Shown here: positions 1 to 10,819 of the stretch, piece after piece
Numbering within the stretch: the first letter of the stretch is position 1
How the letters are laid out: each line of letters begins with the position of its first letter
Assembly (NCBI GenBank): GCA_021432655.1
Contig: MU271687.1
Location: forward strand, 1 to 32,192
Length of the DNA stretch: 32,192 nt
Reading direction: 5' to 3'
From: Atractiella rhizophila
Taxonomy: Eukaryota
Made by a program: the position numbers and the translations under genes
Notes under the pieces: generated by a model
The model's database searches: none
Seen by the model: only the letters and a program-made list of their open reading frames with translations
What the model was told of the DNA's origin: nothing

Positions 1-224
1 GGGTGCGTACTGGTGGCCCTTCCTCCTCCATCGCTTTCGTCGATAGCCCTCTGGCTATTTCTCATTATTCCTCCTTTGTTGGCACTCATGGAGTGCTGAT
101 TTTGGGGAGCGGTGGGGAGGCGCGTAGAAGTTGGAGCAAATTCTACTCGCAGTTCCCCTCCTTTCCCAGGTCCAGAGTTGGCCTTTCCGCCCTCTTGTGA
201 GGGGTTGGGGCCTTTCTGGGGCAT
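1..224 (-). CDS. 5' part of a hypothetical gene running off the window start
   Basis: ATG at 224 opens an uninterrupted frame to the window edge (MPQKGPNPSQEGGKANSGPGKGGELRVEFAP...EEEGPP), with a GTACGC donor-like site at the end. Divergent from the gene starting at 511. No recognisable domain. Confidence 0.5.
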   Translation of the reverse strand, partial: MPQKGPNPSQEGGKANSGPGKGGELRVEFAPTSTRLPTAPQNQHSMSANKGGIMRNSQRAIDESDGGGRATSTH

Positions 225-510
225 GGTAGTCGGTGGGTTGTGTTGGAGAGTTGGTTTTGTTGGAATTATTAGGGGGTGCGATGTGGTGGTCCTTCCCTCG
301 GTTGGGGGATGATGCTGTTGCCTTCTTGTCGCAGAAAGTCACGTTACCGGCCTCAATCTTGCGCGACAACGCGACATGCACAATTCACTATTTGCCCTAT
401 TTGGTTGGCATTTTCAATTTTCAACAGAAGACATCAGCAAAGCAAAGGATACAATACTTTAGGGCAACCACATGCCATCCTGAAAGACCATTGTAACACA
501 CTTCAAAACT

Positions 511-1807
511 ATGCCGTGAGCTTCAGTTATCTGATCAACCAAAGAGGTGAATGTGATGACACCGTTCCCGTTTGTTGCAGGCAAGTTCCCTCTCACGGTG
601 TCGAGGCGTCCATCTTGGTCGATGGGAAACCACTGGAGGAATACAAAGTTGAGATTGATGGAAACAAAGCGAAGTGTTACGTCGAGTCCACCAGCGGAAA
701 ACAGTTTCAGGTGCGCGGAGAGGAGTTCGAGTTCTCTACAAACTGAGGCACTGATGTCTTTCATGGTATGGTCGAATAGATCAAATATCAACCCATCACT
801 TCAGCCCTCACGGGTGACTATGACTTACGCGTCAAGTTCGTCCTAGATGGAACCGGCATGGATTCCGTAATTGGTTCGAAACATAAACGAGCTGTTTCGA
901 AAGGTCGACGAGTCACACAGTCATCGAGACAACCATACCTTTTCTCCAATCTCTCCCTTTCGGGTGAGTTCTATGTTCTGGGCGGCTTCGATTTGCCTTA
1001 CCGCTCATTTGGATAGATGAGGATAATGCGTGTTCCTCGGAAAAAGTCATAAAACGTGTCCGTTAGATCTTTCTTCAACTTCAAATACCTCAGCTCAAGA
1101 TATTTCATCTGCCATTTAGCTGGGCTGCATCCAGATCAAGCTCTACCGCGTCATCAAGAAGCGTTACATACCCTATCCCTCCACTCGCCATCAAGCAGAA
1201 CGAGAGAACAATGTGTTTAACGAGAACTCCAAGAAAGCGCGATTGTCTCATCAGACGTGGTGTGTCTCCTCCTCCTTCTTGCAGTGATCTGGAACGCTCA
1301 TCTATTTCTTATTGTTGTGGTTAAGCTTAGGGAAAACTGTGCCAACCAAGAGTGTCCAGCGTTGCGTTGAATACGATGCGGTGGACAAGAGGCACTGGTT
1401 CGAGTTTCAATTCTTTTATCGATCTCGCGGTGCGTCTCCCTTTCTCGACCATCTCATCTTGCAGATACTCACCCCATGTGTTTGGGGATAGTGCTCCTAG
1501 AGTTGGAAGGCATCATTCCCCCAACCGTCGCCCACGCAGTTGAAGAACTACAGGAAGTGGCTCCTATCCATCAGGTGAAGGGGACCGATTTCATGGATGT
1601 TGACGTAAAGAGGGAAGTGAAGCGTGAAAAGAAAAAGAGGCCATTGGGAAAGGTACGCGCCATTTCTATATCCACCCATGAAAAATTGGGTTATTGTTCC
1701 ATTGACACTTCCTCGAACAGGTTCAGGGAGAACCTATTGATTTGGACGATGATGAACCGCCTGTTAAAAGAGTGAAGAAGGAGAAGACAATCATCGTCAT
1801 CGACTGA
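511..1807 (+). CDS. DUF7918-like fungal hypothetical protein (8 exons)
   Basis: ATGCC, intron 516-580, then GCAAG gives MPQVPSHGVEASILVDGKPLEEY...CYVESTSGKQFQI. Later exons give PYLFSNL, LGCIQIKLYRV, VFNENSKKARLSHQT and FEFQFFYRSRVLLELEGIIP, motifs typical of the fungal DUF7918 family. Introns are GT-AG and phase-consistent. Ends ...KKEKTIIVID, TGA at 1805-1807. Confidence 0.8.
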
Positions 1808-2199
1808 ACATCCTTTCAGACTCATCACTCCGTTAACATTCGTTCACAAGCCAAGGTTCATATACGTTTCATCGTTGTCGGTTGTGTGCTTTGTTTTGTT
1901 GTATTTCTTTCGCATTTGTGCTAACGAACATGAAGCAATATCATCCCCATCACGCACTTCTTCTCAGTCGTATGCCTTAGTGTGCTACTGGACGCAACAT
2001 GATTCAAAGCGGGTTGGTACAGAAATTCAGGGTATAGAATGAAGAAATCTTATCATCATCGTCTTATTCTCAATGGCAATCTGCCTCCTATCATCATATC
2101 AATGTTGTGGAACAAGGTATCCGTACATTCAGCGTACCTTTTAAGGCTGTATGTATATACAATCCACTCGCTCAAGGCGACACCAATTCACGTCCGGCC

Positions 2200-4262
2200 T
2201 CAAAGGTCTCCATTACCCACTCCCCTCCCTCTCTCCCATCTCCCCCTCTTCACCCTCGCGCTCTTCTCTTCCTCTCCAACAGCATTCACGAACTTGAATA
2301 CTCTTACACCATGCCCTTCGACCTCTGCTTCTAAGGTGTTCGTCACATTCCCGATCGAGGTTGCGTTCGCCCAGAGGTCATATACCTTGATTCAGTTACC
2401 AGATGTCAGTGGACATGGTCATGACATAGCAGTAGGTAGGACGAACAGCAAATGTGTCCGAGGCGTCACTGCCTAAGAAATCGGGGAACGGAGCTGATTT
2501 TAATCATGACGGCTCAGTTTCTTATCACGATCACGAATTGACGAGAACCGACCACTGATGGTTGTGCTTTCAGTCCCACTATTCAATAACGCGACGACAT
2601 AGGTCCTATTCGGTCGCTTAGTATCTACTAAAGTCCGTAATGAAAGGAAGGGGGACAGACGAATTAACCAGACTTCCAACCCAGAGCTCTTGAGCTCCCC
2701 TCCTCCACACCCTCCTCGCAGGAGAGCCTTGGGGATCCTGGTTGACTGCTATGATGTGCTTGTTGGATATGATGTCTAGGTCTTCCTGTGATCTAGTGAC
2801 AACGTATGAGTGGTCGCATTTATCAGTGTCTCAATCTCAATCAGATGAGGGAGAAGGAGAAGGAGAAGAGGAGAACGAACATAGCGGTGATGTCGTTTCC
2901 AAGGATGAGAGGGGACTTGACGAGCGCCCACATGCTGAAATGGGTGATGTATTCGGTACGCGTCATTCCGCCATTTCCAACTTCGAGCATGTCCTATCCA
3001 TCCGTGAGTTAGAGGCTCCACGAGGCAGGGAGGAGACGGACAAGATCGTTCCATCCTCCAGGTCCGGCTTTCTGACCCAGCGGTGATGCCTTGTTGAGAA
3101 TGTTCATCACTGCCATTTCAAACTTCTATGAGCCGACGAGCACAGAAGTAGCAGAAGGAAGAGGCGAACTGGAACAGTGGAAACCTGGGAGCCAACAGCT
3201 GGTCTCGTTGTAACCGCAAGGACAGCGCTCGTCAGGCGTATCGAAGTTGTCGTATATCTATATATGACCCGCTTCAACGTTTGGAACTAACGAGCAGGGA
3301 AGGACGAACGTCTCCTGACATCCTCCACGAGTTTGCCGTCGTGGGTCCCCACATCCAAACTTGATCTTCTCCCTGCACCGCGTTCCATTAATGCTACGAC
3401 TCGGAGAAAGCAATAGAAGAGAGGAAGAAGGGACGGGACTCACCCAGTTGCACAACGAGTAGAATATCTCCCTCCCCGTCGCGTTTAACGCCTTCGCCAT
3501 CTTCTCATATCGGGCATTAGTAACGTATGGGGAGCCAGATTGTCCGGCGTTATAACAGTTGTCATACTTCAAGTAGCTATTCCATACCCAAGTCAATGAA
3601 GCGAAAGAATCGAAGAGAAAGGGCGACTCGATCCCCCACTCGGCATACGACTCAGCGTCCTCTTTCTCGTAGCCCAACGAGCCTTCGCGTCTTCCACACG
3701 TGAAGACTGTGCATCCCGTCATGATCTCGTTAGTCGGAATGGAAATGGAATGGTGATGGCTAGAAAACACTGACTTCCTGCGGACGAATAGATGCCCACC
3801 TTGAATCCCAAGCCGTGCAACTCGTCAGCGATGTGTTTGATGCCCTGAGGAAAGCGTGAGGAGTCGGCGCTGATCTTTCGCGTCTTGGGATCCCGGGTGC
3901 CTTGCCAGCAGTCGTCGATGTTGACGTCTATCCATTCAGCCCAGTCAGATGTACTCTCATTGACCACGAAGGTGTTCAGAAGATCAGGAGGCATGGAACC
4001 TACAAGTGTACCCCAGATCCTGCAGTCCCAACTTCTTGATTTCCTTTGCCGTCTCGAGGATGAGCTCGTCTGATATATCGCATCCAAACTTATTCCCTGC
4101 GCTACTCTTCAGACAGACAGACAGACTGGGGAAGCATGGATGGAGGAGGGAGGACGAACAAGTGTTCCATCCCATTTGGGGTGTCTTTCCCAGCGAGTTA
4201 TATATTGACCCATGAACCAAACCAGCTGAGAGGAGCAGCAAACAGAGTGAGAGTCGCGGCAT
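2200..4262 (-). CDS. Secreted alpha-galactosidase, glycoside hydrolase family 27 (multi-exon)
   Basis: Signal peptide [20 protein letters not shown]27 motifs after splicing: [42 protein letters not shown] (nucleophile), [67 protein letters not shown]. Stop TGA at 2202-2200. Confidence 0.95.
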
Positions 4263-4637
4263 TTCGCTAAGTACGAGCAAAGCAGAGTTGATTGATGTTA
4301 TGGGTGCTCCAGACGAGGAAGAGGCAAGGAGGCTTAATATCAAGTCAGCGGAAGACGGGCCACTAGCGCTGCTTGGACAGATGGGGTGACGCTGCGTTAA
4401 TGATTTTGCGCGTTCAACTTGAAATGAGTGGAGAATAGTCGCTGGTCTCGGTTAAGCCATGCTCGGGAAGAGGGTGGGGTCACCTTTGGTTCTCCTTTCA
4501 ATTTCTAGATGGTAAATGCGGCACCATCACGTCATCACAATCGTACGGGTGCATGTTGTTCAAGCATATTGTAAGCTAGGATGGTTTCTGGAGAGCTCAC
4601 CCTTATTTTGTGCTAGCATAGTCAGTGAAACAGTGAA

Positions 4638-5872
4638 ATGGCACCACACATTCCAGAAGGAGGCTTCGCCCTCGCCGTCTTGGACGATTACCAAAACCTA
4701 TCGCTGTCGCTCTCTCCCGCTCTCGCTTCGCTCCTCTCGCACCAAGCCATCAACAAAAGCAGATCTAAAGTATTCACATCCCAGCTCTCTTCCCCAATCG
4801 AGGACCTCCAGCCGTTCCACATAATCCTCTCCATGCGCGAGCGCACCCCGTTCAGGCGAGAGATGGTCCACAAGTTGCCCAACCTCAGGCTGATGGTCAC
4901 CACCGGCAGGAGGAATGCGGCCCTCGATTTGGAGGCGTTTGAAGATAGAGGCATCCCTGTGCTAGGATGTGAGGGTGGAGGAGAACCGACAGTGGAAATG
5001 ATTTGGGCACTGATCATGGCTGGGATGCGGTGCATCTCTCTCGTATCTGGTGTGCAAAGACAATGATTTGATATGCATGATTATAGAAATATCGCGCGAG
5101 AAGATAGGACCATGCGCTCCTCCCCGGCTGCTTGGACCACACAGGGATTGATGGGGAGAGAGCTGAGGGGAGCAACAATTGGGCTTGTTGGGTACGGGAG
5201 ACTGGGGCAAGCCACTGCTCGGTCCGTCTCTCCTCCTCTTTCAGTGTCCTCACAAGCTGAATGGTACAGGCTGCACAAAGTCTCGCCTCCGTCTTCGGGA
5301 TGAACATCCTCGTCTGGTCCCCCAACCTGACTGCCGACAAACTATCAACGCTCCCCTCCAATACCAACACATCCCTCGCTCCATCCCTTCCATCGCTTCT
5401 CTCCTCCTCAGATATCGTCTCACTTCATCTCGTCCTTTCCTCCTCCACCAGACACATATTCTCGACCGCGGAATTCAAGTCCATGAAGAAGGACGCGCTG
5501 TTCGTCAATACCTCCCGTGGTGGATTGGTCGATACGACTGCGCTGCTGCAGTGGCTCAAAGAGGAGGAGGTGACAAAGGAAGGAGGACGAGCCGTGTTGG
5601 ATGTTTATGAGAGCGAACCGCTGGGAGAGGAGTGGGCAGAACTCAGATCGTTGGAAAACGTAACGCTGAGTCCACACGTATGTCTCCTCAGATCCCTCCT
5701 GTGCTGTTTTGGACCTTGAGATGTGGCATTGGGACAGATGGCATACGTTACGGAGGAGAATATGAAGGCTTTCTACGATGCGCAGGTGAAGAATGTGACG
5801 ACTTGGTTGGAGGGTGGACCGTGGGAAGAGGAGATGATTACGAGTCGGAAGAGTGGGTATGAGAAACGGTGA
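4638..5872 (+). CDS. D-isomer-specific 2-hydroxyacid dehydrogenase (PGDH-like, NAD-binding), 4 exons
   Basis: AVLDDYQ, MRERTPF, VTTGRRNAALD, Rossmann motif GLVGYGRLG, SDIVSLHLVLS, NTSRGGLVD (Arg), LDVYESEP (Glu), SPHMAY (His). Introns near 5030-5087, at 5222-5280 and at 5678-5738. Stop TGA at 5870-5872. Confidence 0.93.
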
Positions 5873-6600
5873 GCGTGTGAAGTGGAAAGGGAGAGGACAC
5901 TCAAACGGATTGTATTGTACACTAACAGGCTCATCGAATGTATGTGTATACTTGCCATGCTATTTGACCATGATAGCAGACAGTGGCAGTGAATGACTAC
6001 AACGAGAAAATGAAGCTGTACAAGGATAATCATGGATTTCTGTAAATTTAAGAGCATGAGCCTGAAAGAACTGCAACAATCAAAATATTAAACGAAGAGG
6101 ATCCTGTACATGCATAAGAGGAATGGGAGGAAAAGAACCATGGTGAAAATACAAAAGCAAGTCGTGCTACAACATAAAGACCTAATTGCACGCAACCTTA
6201 GCCATAACGAAATGATGCGTTGGCAATGCACCTAGGAAATGTCCGTGTTTGAACCTAGTTGGTGACGTCATAGAGCAGCAATTGAGGTAGACCCTCCTAA
6301 CATGCTTGAGCCACCAATACAGGGTAGAATATGTCACATCTGTCTCTTGCCCCTTCCCGCCGCTCAGTGATCCTATCGAGTATGATAGAGTCGGAACTCA
6401 TCGGACAATGGGCCATGCTTGCTTCGGGTGGATAGCAAGCTCGATGGATACCTATACAGTATTTTTCTGGTCGGAGTGATGACGAACCGAAAGATTGGTG
6501 GGTGCTTGGGAAAGCTCCACAAGCCGCCCCCTTGGGGATCAAGGGATTGTGTTTTGCGTTCGAAAAAACGAAGATGCATTCGGAGATGAGTAGAGTGGGG

Positions 6601-6659
6601 GGAGATGATTACGATACGGAAGAGCAGATATGAGAAAGTTGACCGTGGGAAGCGGAAAG
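6601..6659 (+). repeat. Degenerate direct copy of the dehydrogenase gene 3' end (5830-5889)
   Basis: Manual alignment gives about 50 of 60 columns identical with one gap, including an exact 14-mer GGAGATGATTACGA. Confidence 0.85.
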
Positions 6660-7161
6660 AACATAAATGGTCCGTCCTTTCTGCGTCATTACCTTTTTTG
6701 TAATTTCAATGTTATGCTTGTTGATCAAACTGGAACTTGAAGATTATTGTCTCATGCTAAAAACTCCGTCAATTTAGCCGTACACGTAATGATGTTTCTT
6801 CGCTGGAGCATAGCCTCATTGTTCCTCTGCAATCCTTTCGTTTCTTCTCTTTGTTCCGCCTCCACCCAGGTCCGCGTCAATTGAACACCAATTATGCATC
6901 ATGATTGATGACTGTCAAGATCAGTTCGCCCATAGTCTCTGAATTATCCATCTGAATAATTGATGGCAACGTTGTTTCCATTCTTTGGTGTAATGCGGCA
7001 CCTGTCAAAGCGTCAAAGTTTGTTTTCTATGTTTGTCTGTCGTGTACAAAGGGTGTCCCCCTTCTTTGTCGCCACAAAGTTAAAGCCTGAAGGGGTTCAC
7101 CCACCTTTTCTGCCGCTCCTAAATTCCGCCACCCGCCCAATTAGTTGAATCGACGATCCAA

Positions 7162-8898
7162 ATGAGCTCGACAAATCTTCACCAAAGGAGACCTAGCATC
7201 CCATCCCTTACCTCACATTCTGATGTGCTAAAAGAACTGCATCAGTGTATGAAGATCTTACCGGTTGCTGTCCAGCACCTTGAAGCTATGCTTCAATCTC
7301 TAGCTCCTCCTCCTACTTTGAACTGCTTATACCAAATTCACCTCTATCTTTCTCTCCTGTACGATGTCCTGCAGTCTCCGGAATTCGCAACCACCGGATA
7401 TCGTCTCTGCAATACCTTTTCGGAAGGAGAAACTTGGAGAGATACACATATGGTTGGCAAATTGTGGACAGATGTCACCACGATTTGCGCGGTGCATCAG
7501 CTTATTTTCAACTACATCAATCGGGTGAAAGTCGCTTTGGTCGAGCTTGACAGTGCCTGCCGGATGACCATCAAACCTAAGCTATCCCGTCTCTTCCTGT
7601 CTCGACCAACGGTCAACAGACTTTGTGCGTATTCTCTTCGTCTTTGAGTATCATTCAGCTGATGACGTACGTTCATAGACTTTTGTTTGCTCGACATCAT
7701 GGCTAAGGTCACTAACCTGCATGTGCCTTTGAAACAGACGTTGGCATTCTGGGAGAAATTGACCCGTCTAGGTGGTGGTTCTCAGAGGCACAGAGGAGGT
7801 GATAATTCTCGCCTTCGAGAGTTTCAGGTGTCGCTTGGGCAGTTGCGACCTTCAGCCGAAGAGTGGAACACATGCAGGGCTCTCTACGATGATTTGCGCA
7901 AGCTCGAATTCAGGGACGCGTTTTCGATGGTTAATCAAACTGTCCCTGTTTTGACTGGTAAGCATACGCGTGGCAATTCTCTGGACGAGGTTATTGATGA
8001 TTGATTCAGGAAATGCAGCTAATTTGGATCATTTCCCAGCTTTGAAGCTCTCTCATGGTCCAAACAGCCCAACTCTAGAATTGGAAGGCATTATTGCAGC
8101 AGTTCAGATTGCTCTAAGTTACACTCTAGCTTCCATCGAAGTTCTCGAGGAGGCTTTCACCATTCGCTGGGAACAACGTCCGACCGAGCTCAAACATGCA
8201 CAGTTCTACCTCGTGGAAGTGTTATACGCCGCTTTGAATAGTTACTCTGCGCTCGTGCGCGATGTCGATTCTTTTGTCAGTACTTTTGCCGCTAAACGGA
8301 AGGGACGAGCGCTTTGGATGGAAGGAGAATGTCAAGCTTTGCAGGATAAGGCTAGGACGAATCAGGGGGTATTCTCCATCCTTCGAACACACTGGAACCG
8401 CAACAGGGCACTGTTTGTTCGCGGCTTGAGGGGTAGCTTCGCTTCTCTCCCCGCAGAATCAATCCAAAGTCCTTCAGGGACATTTTCGAGAATTTTTAAG
8501 CGCAAGAGGACTCGATCTAGTACGCTTACGCAGTCACTTTTCTCATGCACTCTAATGTTGCGTTAGCTTCCTCCCAACGCTCGTCACGATCTATGTCCCA
8601 GTTTGGACAGTTGACAAGCCATCAGTATCCCGATTTCAATGCAGCCTTCCAGCTCGAGGAGACGGACTCCGCTCAACAGTTCGTTATCCATGTTTCTGAA
8701 GCAATCGCCACTCTTTGCACTCTGCTGGGCAGGTTCACGGAGACCCAATTCTACAGAAATCACGCTCAAACAAAAGCTGCTGCCCTGCAGAGGGGAGTGC
8801 AAGGTGCCCGTGTTGACGAATTGCAGTTGGCGTTGAAGGGTTTGGTGGTCTTTCACAAGAGAGTGGAGCGACAGAGGGAACGGCTGCTTTCTTGTTAA
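7162..8898 (+). CDS. Hypothetical, probably alpha-helical protein (527 aa, 4 exons)
   Basis: Four consecutive ORFs join in frame through three phase-1 GT-AG introns (7625-7678, 7958-8009, 8520-8566), giving 1584 coding nt. Leu-rich amphipathic segments; no recognised domain. Confidence 0.72.
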
Positions 8899-9402
8899 TT
8901 CATGCCACTTGGCATTAACGATCACGACTACGACTGGACTTGTATAACCTATGCATCATTAATATTCAATATCATTAATTGAGACGTTGTTATTAGCGGA
9001 GAAGCATCTGGCGGACAAATATTGGCATTGCATATCGACCCTTGAGTTGCGATGAAATCGAACTGAGCTCCTTGAGCGGTCGGCTCGAGTAGCATAATTG
9101 TAAAAGTTATCAATTATTTACCCAATGTCTTCAAGTTCGAATTCGAGCGTAGTAGCATGAATGCTGACTCGGAACCCGCTGCAAGCTGCAAGGCAAGGAT
9201 TGCCTCTCTCAGAAGTGGCCGAGAATGCGCCGGTGACACGTTTGGAAACTGAAGCTGAACCTCTGAATCGATCGATGTCGTGAGCTCTCCCTGAGACTTC
9301 CTCGGGGAGAAGGGATATCGATGAAACAGGGATGAAACCTTCCTGTCCTGTCAAGTTCTGTGTCAAGAACTTGAGTATAACTTTCGAGTTCGCTTGACCT
9401 CT

Positions 9403-9409
9403 TATAAAA
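9403..9409 (+). promoter_or_regulatory. TATA box of the GH5 gene
   Basis: TATAAAA about 108 nt upstream of the ATG at 9511, followed by a pyrimidine-rich leader. Confidence 0.55.
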
Positions 9410-9510
9410 GGGTTTCTGTGGGAACAAGATCCCAAATTCCCAAATCCAACAGCATCACTAGTTCCAAGTTCAATCTTTCGGTCGTTCATTCCCTCACGCT
9501 CATTCGAAGA

Positions 9511-10819
9511 ATGCTCAAGTCCCTCTTTCTCTCCCTGCCTCTCCTCTTCTCTCCTCTCGCCATCGCCGCGAGCTCCGGCCTACCCCGTCTCGGAGGCATT
9601 AATCTCGCTGGGATGGAGTTCGGAATCGATATCTGGGGGAATGTCAATGGTCAAGCTGTCGACCCTCCACAGGACCAGATCACCCACTTCATCTCCAAAG
9701 GAGCCAACGTGATCCGTTTCCCTCTCGGCTGGCAGTATATCCAGGTATGTTTTCTCGTTTCGAGACATGAATTTGTTTGAACATTGACGACCCGTTCTTG
9801 TTCTTCGTGTAGCCCACTCTCGGCGGTGCCCTCAACTCGGCTTACTTAAAGAGATATGATGCTCTGGTGCAAAAGGCACTAAAGAGCGACTCTAGTGCCA
9901 GGGTGATCATCGATGTGCACAACGTTCGTCCTTTCCGAACTCTCTTGATTCCACAACCCTCGATTTCGTTGATGGTCCCCATCGTAGTACGCTCGCGTCA
10001 ACAGCGGGGTTATAGGACAAGGAGGTCCTACGGATGCCCAGTTCGTCGACCTGTGGAAACGTCTCGCGAAGAAATATGGCGGTTCCAAGCGCGTAATTTT
10101 CGGTCTGATGAATGAGCCTCACGACCTGAACATCGAGACCTGGGCGAAGACACTGCAGAAGGTCGTCACTGGAATTAGGTCGACGGGAGCCGTCAACATC
10201 CTCCTCCTCCCTGGAACCGACTTCTCTTCCCTCGGTTCTTTCCCGAATTACTACCCTTACTTGAAGGGAATCAAAGACTCTGATGGGAGCAAGGACAAAC
10301 TTATCTTTGATGTTCACACCTACTTGGATTCCGATAGCAGTGGAACTCACACGGAGTGCGTTTCTGCGAGGTGAGAAATGCCGTTCACCCTAAGGATTAA
10401 GGGCTGAAGCTCAACCACATATTCCGACAGGACTACTGAGCTCCAACAAACGCTCAAAATACTCAAGACTGATAAACGACAAGCTATCCTTTCCGAAGTT
10501 GGAGGCGGCAACACCAGGTATGCTTTTCCTTCCTTTGTCTAAAAAACTATGCTCACAACTATCTGATCCTGCTACAGTTCCTGCAAATCCAAGCTCAAGC
10601 TCACCCTTTCCAAAGTGAAGTCAGCATACCCCCACTTCGTCGGTTTCACCACATGGGCTGCCGGCTCTTTCTCAACCGTTCGTGCCCCTTCTCTTCTGTT
10701 GGTTGAGGAATAACGCGACTTGATTGTCACTGGTGCAGAGCTACGAATTGTCGTTGGTTCCCACTAACGGAAAAGACAATGCGCTGTTCACAGCTGCCGT
10801 CAAGCCGAATTTGCCATGA
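9511..10819 (+). CDS. Secreted endo-beta-1,4-glucanase, GH5 (subfamily 5-like), no CBM1
   Basis: Signal peptide MLKSLFLSLPLLFSPLAIA. Motifs GINLAGMEFG, IRFPLGWQY, IIDVHN|YAR, FGLMNEPHD (acid/base), LIFDVHTYLDSDSSGTH, AILSEVGGGN (nucleophile) and TWAAGSF match Cel5A/EGII-type enzymes. Stop TGA at 10817-10819. Confidence 0.95.

Noticed and set aside
4110..4126. (CAGA)4 microsatellite
   Set aside because: Short and intronic in the GH27 gene; no sign of function.
6263..6270. Perfect CRE palindrome TGACGTCA
   Set aside because: A single 8-mer is expected by chance in 32 kb, and it lies about 900 bp from the nearest start codon.
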